From positions 62,001 to 126,000 of the forward strand of contig OZ025753.1 in NCBI GenBank assembly GCA_964019335.1: a stretch of DNA of 64,000 nucleotides, given 5' to 3'. The position numbers and the translations under genes were made by a program. The notes beneath the pieces were generated by a model. That model searched no databases and had not been told where the DNA came from. It worked only from the letters and a program-made list of their open reading frames with translations. This DNA comes from Diplonema japonicum. Its lineage: Eukaryota; Protista; Euglenozoa: Diplonemea. Shown here piece by piece: positions 44,688 to 55,334 of this stretch; position 1 is the stretch's first letter; every line of letters begins with the position of its first letter.

Positions 44688-47600
44688 ATGAAGAGACCCG
44701 CCTACGGCCGCTTTCCAACTCGTTATGACACGCGCGCATCACAGGTGCGGCGTGCCGCAGGAAATGCACCCCTAAAGATCAATACCTTTCCGTCAACAAC
44801 GAATAAAACAAACACTTATAAGAAGTATAGTCAGTCGCGCATATATAACTCCCACCCCTTCAACTACCGTGCAATCAACAGGTCGCCCTCCAGAGAGGAA
44901 GTCATCCGCACCATCTGTGACGCCTATGGTGCGGGTGTCCGAAAGGCCCTCTTCGTACGTGATGTCGTACAAAACGGCAACGTGCTAAAGGTCCACCTGG
45001 AGATCGCCACCAGGGACACACATATTCCCTATGCACTCTTCACGCAGGCACTCCTACACCACCATGGAGTCCGTGCCTGTTTCACCGAAGGTGTAGCACC
45101 GACGCGTCCCGTCAAGACCTTACGGAAAACGCCTACTACTCCTCAACCGGCCCACCGGCCGAACCACCGGTCTGGCCCCCAGCCCGCTTATCGTCACGGA
45201 TACCAACCTGCCTACGATAACCGCTGGGGCAAAGATCAAAACAGGTACGAGATCCGCAAGGACTTCTTCCTTAGCACAATGGCAAAGGACCAAGTCAAGA
45301 AGTCGCGGGACATCTCCAAGCCTAGCCCGGTCAGCTGCAAACGAAACAACGGCAGCATTGACTGGGCCCTCTGGGAGTCTCTCAGCCAGGACGCAGCCGC
45401 CAAGTTCATGGCCAAGTACAGCCGCATCGTAAAGAACATGCGCCAAGGAAAGGCCCCCGAACAGGACGCAGCAGGTATCATCTACCTCGCTGTCGACAAA
45501 CACGGTGAACCTGTGTACGCAGGGCAGACGTTTAACACCTTACGTCGTCGTATGCAGGGCCACTGGAGCAGCGCCAGATCGCACAGAGAGAACGCTGAAA
45601 GCAACGACACCCGCTTTCACAAGGCCCTCAGGGAAAACGGGGGCCCGTTATTCGCTTTCCCCGTCGAATCGATCAACCCCAAGTTCTTCGACGACGCCAA
45701 GTCCTTCCGTCGTGTTGCGATCCCCAGGGAGAACCAGTACATCAATAGGCTGGCTTGCTCCCTTAACATGCGTGGTAGGTTTGCTAAGACGCAGACCCGT
45801 CGCCGCCGCAACACGAAACGTAAACCTAAGACGGTACGCGAGCAGCAACAGCAGCGACACCAACACCAGGGGCGCTCGAATGCCAAACAGGACCCCAGCA
45901 GCAACACTACTACGTCCCCTTCGAACCCCAACAACACCCCCACCAGATCTACCGCTCCCTCGATACGGCTGAACGACGACGGGGAGCTGTCGATCCAGGC
46001 TACTGGGTCCAACTACAAGTCCCTGTGTATGAAGATCACCGCGATGTGTGCACACCCCGATGTGCTGAACTACGACTTCACTACCTGGGCCCCCAAGACC
46101 GTCTTCAGGTACCTGAACTTCCTGAGGCGTTACTTCGTCGGGAACTTCTTCACCGCCAAGATCGCGGCTATCGAACGAGGCCTCACCAACCGCCTCAGCC
46201 CTGCCCTCTTGAAAAAGGTGGTCCGCCGAGACGAAGGCTTCGTGTGGTTCAAAACGAGTTTTGACCACAAGGCCAAGGAGATGATCCTCTGGCGTAAGGT
46301 CTTCGAGGACAAGGAGGTAATTGCGGCATGCCCCAAGCCAGCCCTCCTTCGCAGAGTACACATGTGCAACAAGCTTGGTCAAACCCTCAAGGCCACAGTG
46401 TGCAATGTGACGAAGCTCAGCATCGAGACCCCGCGTCCAGAAGCGGCCGAGCCTACAACAAACTGCCCTTGCTCGAAGCGCAAGACCTCACACACACATG
46501 AGGGACACGCCTGCGGACTAGCAGCAGAGGTCATCGATGACGACGAAGTGAAGGAGGTTCTGAACAGAGGCATGAAGTTCCGCCTCTCAACACACGCCCT
46601 CCTCTCTTCCCAAAGTCTCGAGGAGGACATCAACGGGTTCATCACTCAGAACTTTCGGAGATCCCCTGCAGTGAAAAAGGATTCCTTCCGGAAGGTCCTC
46701 CTCGCTAAGGCACAGAACCTTCTCCACCCCCACACTCAGTCTCCGGTCTTCGACCCCTCAGTCCCGGAGTTCATCAAGACAAAGCTCCGGAAACTTCAGG
46801 AGGTCTACGTTTTCCTCCCCATAGACAAAAGCACCCACGACATTGGCGTCTGTTGCAAGGATCACTACCTCAGGATCCTGCACCAACAGCTTGATAGCCA
46901 AGCTTTCGAGCCGGTCTCGAAGCCCTTGGACTCGATCTTCTCCGAAATAGCTGATCAAGCCAAGACCTTCAACCTCGATTCCACACGTCGCTTGCCATAC
47001 CTGTACGGTACCCTGAAGCTACACAAAGACAAAGTGGGCGTCAGGTGGATCTCTGGTGTCTCCTCCACTGATGCACCCCCTGTGGACCAACCAGCAGCGG
47101 TCAGCACGCAGGAAATTATGGAGAACTTGGTCGCAGCAGGCGGCGATACAACGGGCAATAAAGCTAAGAAACCCACAGCTGCCACCACGGCCCTCCATCT
47201 AGAACTGTCTTCCCTCCTGAAGGCTGTCCAACGCGCGCTGCTGGACAAGGATCTGGAGGGCAGGTCCAAGACCCACGGTCCCGACGGTATCCGACTAAAG
47301 CGGTACTGGATCGTCGACTCGGCCGAGAACGTAGCTGCGGATATCAAGCAGCAGTACACAACTTACAAAAGCCTGTCCCCTGCCACGTACGACTTCCGGG
47401 ACATGTACACCAACCTCGACCAAGGGCGTCTGAAAGAGGGGGTTCGTAAAGCAGTCCAAGAAGCGTTCGACTTCACCGGCAAGAACCTCACACGTGGCAA
47501 GGACGGGAGCTCCTTCACAGATGCCGACGAGGACGATGTCTACACCCCGGAACGGATCCATAAGCTCCTGGACCTCGTCGTTGACAACACCTATGTTGTG

Positions 47601-48668
47601 CAGGGTGGCCGCGCCGTTCGTCAAGTAAAGGGTATCCCCATGGGTGGGAACGCCTCCCCCGACCTGGCGAACCTGTTCTGCTACGCCGTGGAGGCCGCAT
47701 ACATCGACAAGCTCCTCGCCGAAGAGGACTGGGAGACCTTGAAACGCTACTGCAACGCGTGTCGCTACATCGACGACTTCCTGTTGTGGAGCACTGCGCC
47801 ACCCCCGGAGGAGCTTTATGGCATGGCTTATGTAAAGACCTCTTCAGACCCATGCGACGTCCCCTTTATCGGGATTCGCATCCGGATAGAGCGCCACGAA
47901 CAAGCTAAGCACAACTATATTAGACTTAGCATTAACGATAAGGCGCAGAACTGGCGCTTCCGGCCAACGCGGTTCACCCACGGGCACACCGCGGCGCCCA
48001 CCACCCAGGGACCAGGCATCTTCAAGGGCATGGTCATTCGTGCCTGCGCCCTGACCAACAACATCGCGGACCTCAAACGGGAGATCGCTTCAGTGATCTA
48101 CCTGCTCCTAGATCGCGGTCACGACAAGGGCGGCCTGCGGAAAGCGTACAACGCCTTCCTTATCGAACGCGTGGATCGACGCTTCGCCATGGAGAAAAGC
48201 AACCTGCTGGCCTTCTTCACGCAAGTCCTCCACCGATACGACGCCAGAGCCCCGGTAGATTCTTGGTTGCCGGAAAAAACGTACATAGGCCCCAAGAAAC
48301 CCCGTGCGCTTCCCTCGGACGACTCCTCAGCTGACTCCTCAGTCGTCTCCTCAGTCGCCTTCTCGGGGGGGCCCCTCAGACGAGCCCTCGGACAATTCCT
48401 CGGACAACTCTTCAGGTCTTGTCGAACCGTCACAACCCCGAGCAGCCTCCGTGGTCTCACCATCTGGTGTCACGGACCAGGTTTTTTCGCCCCCCATCAA
48501 CCTGCACACCAACAGCGGGGAAGGTCGCCTGGGCCTGGAATGCGGCTGGGCCGTCATAAACTGGTTGGCGGACTATGCTGGTGTGGACCGCATCCCCTTC
48601 TCTACAATGCAGGAGATCCAGGAGATGTACCACGGCTTCTCACGACTCATCTCCCCTTCCAGCACTGA
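44688..48668 (+). CDS. PLE ORF1, complete (1326 aa): GIY-YIG + RT
   Basis: ATG start; same motifs as copy A. The last ~95 codons overlap ORF2 and may not be the real C-terminus. Confidence 0.93.
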   Translation: MKRPAYGRFPTRYDTRASQVRRAAGNAPLKINTFPSTTNKTNTYKKYSQSRIYNSHPFNYRAINRSPSREEVIRTICDAYGAGVRKALFVRDVVQNGNVLKVHLEIATRDTHIPYALFTQALLHHHGVRACFTEGVAPTRPVKTLRKTPTTPQPAHRPNHRSGPQPAYRHGYQPAYDNRWGKDQNRYEIRKDFFLSTMAKDQVKKSRDISKPSPVSCKRNNGSIDWALWESLSQDAAAKFMAKYSRIVKNMRQGKAPEQDAAGIIYLAVDKHGEPVYAGQTFNTLRRRMQGHWSSARSHRENAESNDTRFHKALRENGGPLFAFPVESINPKFFDDAKSFRRVAIPRENQYINRLACSLNMRGRFAKTQTRRRRNTKRKPKTVREQQQQRHQHQGRSNAKQDPSSNTTTSPSNPNNTPTRSTAPSIRLNDDGELSIQATGSNYKSLCMKITAMCAHPDVLNYDFTTWAPKTVFRYLNFLRRYFVGNFFTAKIAAIERGLTNRLSPALLKKVVRRDEGFVWFKTSFDHKAKEMILWRKVFEDKEVIAACPKPALLRRVHMCNKLGQTLKATVCNVTKLSIETPRPEAAEPTTNCPCSKRKTSHTHEGHACGLAAEVIDDDEVKEVLNRGMKFRLSTHALLSSQSLEEDINGFITQNFRRSPAVKKDSFRKVLLAKAQNLLHPHTQSPVFDPSVPEFIKTKLRKLQEVYVFLPIDKSTHDIGVCCKDHYLRILHQQLDSQAFEPVSKPLDSIFSEIADQAKTFNLDSTRRLPYLYGTLKLHKDKVGVRWISGVSSTDAPPVDQPAAVSTQEIMENLVAAGGDTTGNKAKKPTAATTALHLELSSLLKAVQRALLDKDLEGRSKTHGPDGIRLKRYWIVDSAENVAADIKQQYTTYKSLSPATYDFRDMYTNLDQGRLKEGVRKAVQEAFDFTGKNLTRGKDGSSFTDADEDDVYTPERIHKLLDLVVDNTYVVQGGRAVRQVKGIPMGGNASPDLANLFCYAVEAAYIDKLLAEEDWETLKRYCNACRYIDDFLLWSTAPPPEELYGMAYVKTSSDPCDVPFIGIRIRIERHEQAKHNYIRLSINDKAQNWRFRPTRFTHGHTAAPTTQGPGIFKGMVIRACALTNNIADLKREIASVIYLLLDRGHDKGGLRKAYNAFLIERVDRRFAMEKSNLLAFFTQVLHRYDARAPVDSWLPEKTYIGPKKPRALPSDDSSADSSVVSSVAFSGGPLRRALGQFLGQLFRSCRTVTTPSSLRGLTIWCHGPGFFAPHQPAHQQRGRSPGPGMRLGRHKLVGGLCWCGPHPLLYNAGDPGDVPRLLTTHLPFQH

Positions 48669-51135
48669 TGAAGCGCCCGATCCTCTTGGCAACTTTTCCC
48701 GCTCGACCTTGTCACGTGCTTGCCTCATGGTCGTTGGTGCAAACTTGGAGGTCTTCCGTGCGGGCATGAAAGAAAGCCCCTGCTTGATCGTTGGTCCCTT
48801 GAAACGAAGTCTCAGCGGCCACTGGTTCATCGCTCTCAGGAAGAAGGGAAGGTACATGGTCAAAGACACCGACGTACGGCTAAGGCTCCAGAGCTTCAAA
48901 CACATCTGCGCGACATACTCCGAACACAACATCCTCTGCATCCCAGACGATGTGTGGGCCAGGACAACCCCAGGCAGGAAACACAACACACGTGTTCTAG
49001 ACCCTGAGGCTGAGTTTCGCCAGTTTGAGCCGGTCATCACCCCGGCGGCACCCCAGGTGAGCGACTCGAGCGCGCGAAAGACTGAGACCGCTCTCAACAC
49101 CCCGGAAGATCGCACCCTCCTAACTCATGTCACCCTAGCTGCAGCTATAGCTACATATGCCGCACGCACCCGACGGCTCGACACAGGAGTCGCCGCATCA
49201 GGTGTGGATGCGCACACCGCTCACTTCGGGCGGCCCGTCGCCACCGCCATCATAGCCCTAGCTGCCGCCGTGGCCGCGCGAGCCGTGCACACCGGATGCT
49301 CTGTCACCACCACGTCTACGGCAAGCCAGACTAACGTGGTCGGAACTGTCCCGCTCTTCCTGAAGGTCTCGAGTCTGCACAAGTCTACACCACAGACAGC
49401 AGTCGCAACCTGTCAGACGGACCGTGTCACAGCACCTGTACTGTTCTCGATATCATCGACGCTCCAGACGGATCCTCCCAGCAGTAGACTGCCCCCGATG
49501 GACGCCGGACTGGGGTCGCCCTCGGCCGCGGCGGTCAGACTTACGAAGTCTGTCGAAATTCCGACGCCCCGCGCGACCCTGTCGAGGCGGCCGGTTACTG
49601 AGCCTCGGTTGACACCATGCCTTCCACCGCCAACGGACGTGTCATCCACCCAGCTCGCGGCCTGCACTCAGTCCACCCGTCGGGACACCGGACACGGGAG
49701 TGACACACCGATGCCGTCGTCTACCATGGGACACGCGACACTCCAACCAGTGGTCGGCTCCCAGATTGTGACAACGTCGGCTGTGGAGTCATCGCTCGCC
49801 CGAGCCGTGACAACGCCCGTTCTGGCAGACGCCCCCCTCGGCGCCCGCCAGGTACAGCTCACTCCTTGCATCCAGTCCGTCCATGAGAACATCGGACTCG
49901 GGATGGATACGCCGATGGCTCCCGCCATGGGACACGCGACGCTTCAACCGGTGGTCAACGCCCAGAGAGACACGACGCTGACCCTGGAGCCGCCCGTGGC
50001 CCGAGCCGAGGCAGACGCTCCCCTAGACCCTCACCAGGCGGATGGTGGTTTAGAAATGATCGACCTCACGCAGGACTCCCCGGACAGACCCTCGCGCAAG
50101 AAGAAGCACGACGGCACTGCTTACGAGCACGAAAGCCGTCGTGGTAAGAGTTCCTCCACAGGCGATGGGGATCTTCTCATCCTGCGCGAGCAGTCACAGG
50201 GTTTTGATCAGGAAGCCCTCAACCGAAGGGCCCTCCAGAGACGGATGGATCGATACCTCAGTCTCTTGGTCTACTTCCGGCGACACCCGGAGCTCTTGGA
50301 CGAACACCAGCGTCAGCTCCTGTCGGTCGGTCCCCTCCCGATGCACCTGGACACCTCTCCACATCAACTGCTGCTCGAGGCCCGTGACACGGATAGAACT
50401 GCCGACCAACAGGCAACCGTCGCCAACCAGGAACAGCTTCTTCTGATTGCGCACAAGGCGTTGCCTACCACCGAACGTCTTCGGCTGTCTCACGAATGGC
50501 ACTCGGGGCTGAACACCGCGGTACAGCAACAGTGGTGGTCGGAGTTCTTCGCCCAAGGCGGCTGGAAACACCCACTCTTCGGTTCCGAGGCCCCAAGAGG
50601 TGACGAGACTAGGACTCCAGGGAGGACCCCTCTCCTGCTCACCTACAACGGGCAGAGGAACAAACGCCCGGAACCCGAAGACGGCCCCGCCCTTCCCGCG
50701 GCCAAACGGGATCTCGCCGCGACGAGGCCGAACACCAGAGTCACTGGACTTGTCGCCCTTAAGAGGCTCACCAGGGAAGCAGACGTCGACGGCCCTGAGG
50801 ACCTGGATGAGCTTCGACACCTGGGCTTCCTTTCCCAGGGCGAGGCCGTCTTTGACCTCAGCTGCATGTCCAGGGCTTGCACACACTTCCTGGGTGAGAC
50901 CCCCATGATCACGGTCCCCCTCGACACACGCGTCGCGATCCCGTGTCTGCTGGTCTGTTATGACTCGACATGGCTCTACGCTTCCCGCCAGGGACAGGGC
51001 TTTCGGTTGCAGACCCAAGGGTTCAAGGACAAGTCGTATCCGACTGTGGCAGCCCTACTCGCTGACTTCGTGGGGGCAGGGACCCTCTACTACAGCGAGT
51101 CACAGTGGTCGACTGTGCTGAACTCCTACAACTAG
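48304..51135 (+). CDS. PLE ORF2: Josephin-like protease, SIM/NLS, pseudo-Josephin
   Basis: Differs from copy A ORF2 at two residues (GATPMV vs GETPMI). Confidence 0.75.
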   Translation: MRFPRTTPQLTPQSSPQSPSRGGPSDEPSDNSSDNSSGLVEPSQPRAASVVSPSGVTDQVFSPPINLHTNSGEGRLGLECGWAVINWLADYAGVDRIPFSTMQEIQEMYHGFSRLISPSSTDEAPDPLGNFSRSTLSRACLMVVGANLEVFRAGMKESPCLIVGPLKRSLSGHWFIALRKKGRYMVKDTDVRLRLQSFKHICATYSEHNILCIPDDVWARTTPGRKHNTRVLDPEAEFRQFEPVITPAAPQVSDSSARKTETALNTPEDRTLLTHVTLAAAIATYAARTRRLDTGVAASGVDAHTAHFGRPVATAIIALAAAVAARAVHTGCSVTTTSTASQTNVVGTVPLFLKVSSLHKSTPQTAVATCQTDRVTAPVLFSISSTLQTDPPSSRLPPMDAGLGSPSAAAVRLTKSVEIPTPRATLSRRPVTEPRLTPCLPPPTDVSSTQLAACTQSTRRDTGHGSDTPMPSSTMGHATLQPVVGSQIVTTSAVESSLARAVTTPVLADAPLGARQVQLTPCIQSVHENIGLGMDTPMAPAMGHATLQPVVNAQRDTTLTLEPPVARAEADAPLDPHQADGGLEMIDLTQDSPDRPSRKKKHDGTAYEHESRRGKSSSTGDGDLLILREQSQGFDQEALNRRALQRRMDRYLSLLVYFRRHPELLDEHQRQLLSVGPLPMHLDTSPHQLLLEARDTDRTADQQATVANQEQLLLIAHKALPTTERLRLSHEWHSGLNTAVQQQWWSEFFAQGGWKHPLFGSEAPRGDETRTPGRTPLLLTYNGQRNKRPEPEDGPALPAAKRDLAATRPNTRVTGLVALKRLTREADVDGPEDLDELRHLGFLSQGEAVFDLSCMSRACTHFLGETPMITVPLDTRVAIPCLLVCYDSTWLYASRQGQGFRLQTQGFKDKSYPTVAALLADFVGAGTLYYSESQWSTVLNSYN

Positions 51136-51214
51136 GAACTACTGGAGACGACCCTACGCAATGTAGGAGTGCCGGCCCGGCGTGCTACGAGGGCGATAGG
51201 CTATGCAGGGTCTC

Positions 51215-51612
51215 ACAGACCTCGCACCCTATGATTTTAGTTTCCACCTTTTCCTTTTCCACTTCTTGACTTTTAACTTCCCTTCTGCTCTCCCGACATG
51301 GTTTCCGTCCCGGGTATGACGTTAAACTGCGTCCGCCGACGCATTTGGGTCAACATTCTCTGATGACCAACCGGGTTTCTTCTCCCCTTCTCTTTGTTAT
51401 GTTATTTTCATTATTCTTTCTGGCGATAGACTGATACGGGCCATGGAAGCAACCTCTGCTTAATTCCTGGTACGTGGGAGGCTCCTCTTGAGGATGTCAG
51501 TCACCTTTTCCCTTTTTTACTCGACTCTCTGTTTTCGTATGCAGTATTTATTCTTTCCCACCCCTTTTTATCTATTTCTTCGCTTCTTCATCCTAACTTA
51601 AAACCATTTCAG
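51215..51612 (+). repeat. 3' pLTR of copy B
   Basis: Direct repeat of 43338-43735. Confidence 0.92.
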
Positions 51613-51685
51613 TTACCTACCGCCAAGTAATGCTTTACCGACCTCGAGGTAACGGTAAAGTCATTACTTGTTGGCAGTAAATAGC

Positions 51686-51716
<31 letters not shown>

Positions 51717-51719
<3 letters not shown>

Positions 51720-52607
51720 ATTGGGTGCAACACGACAGCTCAGTACGTGACTGTGGTGGGCACAACGGCTTACGTGGTTCCTGTTAGAGTCAATTACAAT
51801 CCCACTGGTTGGTCCCATCACACAGTGTTCGCGATTGTTGATGTGAGCACACCTTCGTCACCGAGGCAGCTGGGGACTTACGAAACAAACCATGCTTACT
51901 ACAACTATCCCATTTTCATTTCAGGTAATCCGCAGTCACCCACTCTGTTCACCACCTTAGAGGACCTGCCAGGGCCCTGTGAGGGAAGAGCCACTTCCAT
52001 AGCCATACATGGAACCACTGTCTACTATTCGTGTGAAGGAACCTTTGGCATCATCGACATCAAAGATGCATCGTGGCCTTCACCTCAGCTGCTTGGGGAG
52101 TACACAGCACAGGTCTTTGACTTCGCTGTTGACGGGAACACGGTCTATCTTGCCTCTTATGCTCAGCTTCTCGTTCTCGATGTGAGCACACCGTCGTCTC
52201 CACAGCTTGTGGGCAGCCACTTCATCCCTTATGCATTTCAAGGCATCCATGGCTACTATAACTTCTATCTTGGTATCGCTGTTTCAGGTGGGAGGGTTTA
52301 CGTAGCCAGCTACGGGCTTTATGTTTTTGGGAAAGAGCCTACTCCAACAGCGGCACCCACTCCAACACCGCCCACATCGGTACCTGCAACAGCACCAACC
52401 ACATCACCCTCAACAGCGCCACCCACATCGGAACCCTCAACACCAGTACCGGACGGAACACCAGCACCCAGTGAGAACAGCAATGACACATTGAAGATTG
52501 TGGTTATTGTAGCTGTACTTTCCCTTGTCATCGTGATTGCCATCGGCGTTGTTTGTGTATGTGAAGACAAAATAAAAAAAGAAATAGAAGGGGGAAGTGA
52601 GTTCTGA
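51717..52607 (+). pseudogene. LVIVD-repeat surface protein, 5'-incomplete: repeats, P/T-rich stalk, TM helix
   Basis: VFAIVDVSTPSSPRQLGTY, LLVLDVSTPSSPQLVGS; PTPTAAPT stalk; IVVIVAVLSLVIVIAIGVVCVC. No ATG or signal peptide. Confidence 0.75.
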
Positions 52608-54186
52608 GCCTCCTTTGGCTTTTTTGCTTTTTAGGGAAGCAGACCCTGCTATAATTTCTAGCATGTGGAGGAGTTATTCCTTGCTCTATTATACCTAAGA
52701 CTGAACCGTCTTTTGTAAGATCGGCGAAAGAATACGCAGATCTATTGGAAAAAAAAACCCCCCCGTTTTAAACCGGGGAAACCCTGTCTGCTTGAGAATC
52801 TTTAAATTTATTTTGGGGGATTTTGAATCTGAAAAGTAATACCCCACACCACAGTATTGCAAAGCGAAGAAGGTGCCGGTCAGTGGGGATGAAGCTCTGG
52901 TAGATTTCAAGAACACGAACGACTACGAAAACGACTACAGTGTTGCTGCTTAGGGTACTTCAGTTTGACTCTGTCTGGGAAGTTTTCAAAAAACCAATAT
53001 TTTAAGCTTTTTTTATCACCCCCCTCCCAAAGGCGAAAAGCCACAATGCTCAATTTCTTTTTTCCAATGCTCAAAACAGCTGAGCAGCTTTGTTGCTGAG
53101 GCAATACTAGCTGTAAAAAGCCCGGTGTATCATTTATATCAAAAGAAAGAAGAAAAATAAAAGAAGAAGAAATAAGAAGAAAGAATGTGCCAGCAACGTT
53201 TGCAAATCTTGTGGGCTGCCCTAAGGGGTCACAAGTACAGCATCTCAAAGCACTTCCATCTTATCTGGTGAGAAGTGCTTTTGGCGAGTCGATACGGATG
53301 TGGAATTAATGGGGGGGGGGGGGGGGGGCGAAGAACAAAGAAAGGGAAAAGAAAATGATCAGAGGTTTAAATGCCAAAAGTATCTTGCTTCCCAAAACCC
53401 ATCCCTTCAAACAGTCACATCTGAACCGAGGAGCGCGCGGTTCAAAAAGAAAGCTTGTAACCTTTTTTTTTTTCTTCGATTGAAGGTCTTGTATTTTGAT
53501 TGTTACTTTTTATAGGTCGGGAAAAGTAGGAGCCATTGAAGGGTGCCTCTCGCCTGAAGAGGTCAGCACGTGAGAGCTACTTAGAGATACCCAGTACTGA
53601 CCATACCCCCCACCCCTTCCCCTTTTTAGGGCATGCGGCTTTCGTCTTAGGGGCTTGCATGTTCATTTGAATTTTGTTTTCCACCTGTAGCCTGGTAAGG
53701 AAAATTAATCTGTTTTTCTTCTTAGGAACACTGGGTTTTGGGTTTTTTTAAAGATAGAAAATGCCTGCAGGCCGGTAATCAGCGATGTCCCCGTCACAGG
53801 GGTCATTGCACCGATGTAGTCGAGGATGTGATGATGGTATCGCGCAAGTGATTACATCATCGAAGGTGAGGGTCTACCACTGACCTTCGCTCAGGTTTCC
53901 CAACCTAGCTGTGCTGCTTAATAACGAGAGTTTCCCTTTCGTTACAAACCAGCAAAGTTGGAAACATTGATCCCCATGCTTTTTCCCTTTAACTTTAATC
54001 TACTTTTTTGCTCACGTCGAAACCTAAGTGGTGGGGGGCGGTTTCGTTCTCTTTTCTGTTCTCCTCTCCCCCCCCCCCCCCCCCCTTTCTGTTTTGCTAA
54101 AATGGCCATCTGCAACAAGCTATGTTAAATATATCACAGGTTCACGAAGAAGAAAGAAAAAAGAAGCGACAAAAATCTAAAACGAA

Positions 54187-54820
54187 ATGACTTCAACATG
54201 TCTTCACATGTAGCTGCTGGCAGCCCTCCTCGCAAGCAGTGCTGCGGCACCACTCAGTCGCATTGGAGGCATCGATGCCCTCGGTGATGTCAACGACGTG
54301 CAAACGATAGGGAACATCGCTTACGTTGCAGGCGGGGCCACGGGTCTCATGATATTCGATGTCAGTGATGCGTCGTCGCCGAAGCTGCTGGGCAGCAGTG
54401 CTGATTGCATTGGGTGCAACACGACAGCTCAGTACGTGACTGTGGTGGGCACAAGAGCTTACGTGGTTCCTGTTGACTATTACAATCCTGGAGCCGGCAA
54501 CACAGTGTTCGCGATTGTTGATGTGAGCACACCTTCGTCACCGAGGCAGCTGGGGACTTACGAATCGGATGTGCCCTACAATCGCGTTTTCATTTCAGGT
54601 AATAGTTATGTGTATTCACGTCAGAATGATGGGATCCATGTGGTGGATGTGAGCACACCGTCGTCGCCCAGCTTGGTGACAAAGCTTGACAGTGAGGACA
54701 AGTGGGATACTTACAGCGTTGCTGGGACGACCCTCTTCGCGTATTTGCAAGCAGAACCTTCTGGAGCCCCAGACGTCCTGCAGCTCTACGACGTGACAAC
54801 CCCGAACCTTCCTCAGACCT
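54187..54820 (+). pseudogene. LVIVD-repeat gene, 5' half; stop in the signal peptide and truncated by a LINE
   Basis: ATG 54187, TAG at 54211 where paralogues have TTG; GLMIFDVSDASSPKLLGS, GIHVVDVSTPSSP. Confidence 0.75.
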
Positions 54821-54822
54821 TC

Positions 54823-55167
54823 AGCCCCCTGTAAGCGGTCCTCATCAACGCCCTCTTGTCGGTGCTCGTTGCAGACATGGAGGAGACCGATGCCATCGTA
54901 ACCTCGTACGCCGACGACTTCACTGCGATGTCCAAGGAAGGGGAGAAGCCGATACAAGAAGCGATGAACGTTGCCAAGATGTTCTGCATGATCACCGGGA
55001 TGATCATAAGCAAACCAAAGACGTTGACATTCTCGACGAAGAAGGGATACGTGTCCAAAGTGAAAGATGGAGAGTTCACTTATGCATCGACGAAGGCTGT
55101 GAAAGCACTCGGAGTTACAATTTATGTAACAAGAGCACGTCAAGCGGGCCACAAAAGGGTCTCAGAC
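54823..55167 (+). mobile_element. LINE E RT fragment, left half
   Basis: VLINALLSVLV...SYADD...KALGVTI...KRVSD; continues at 63855. Confidence 0.85.
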
Positions 55168-55290
55168 CAGTGTTGGTCAGTCCCGTCCCGTCCCCTAAAA
55201 CGGAATACGGGCCTGGACGGGACTCACGGGACTCCACGGGACGGGACTCGACGGGACTCACGGGACTCCACGGGACTCTCCCCAACACTG
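55168..55290. mobile_element. 123-bp non-autonomous hAT-type MITE
   Basis: TIRs CAGTGTTGG..AGTCCCGT / ACGGGACT...CCAACACTG; internal CGGGACTC repeats. Confidence 0.8.
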
Positions 55291-55334
55291 TCATTATTTT
55301 TGATAGTTTTGCAACTTTTTTTTTTTTTGACAAG

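Larger units (their letters stand above)
43338..51612 (+). mobile_element. Full-length Penelope-like retroelement, copy B, with direct pLTRs
   Basis: pLTR, ~950-bp 5' UTR, ORF1, ORF2, pLTR; TTAC at 43336-43339 and 51613-51616. Confidence 0.95.

Noticed and set aside
43338-51612. LTR retrotransposon
   Set aside because: Repeats lack TG...CA ends; no gag, aspartic protease or integrase; the RT and GIY-YIG are PLE-type.
55225-55280. CRISPR-like short repeats (also 63740-63835 and 7005-7037)
   Set aside because: No unique spacers and no cas genes; these are transposon subterminal repeats or a microsatellite in a eukaryotic context.
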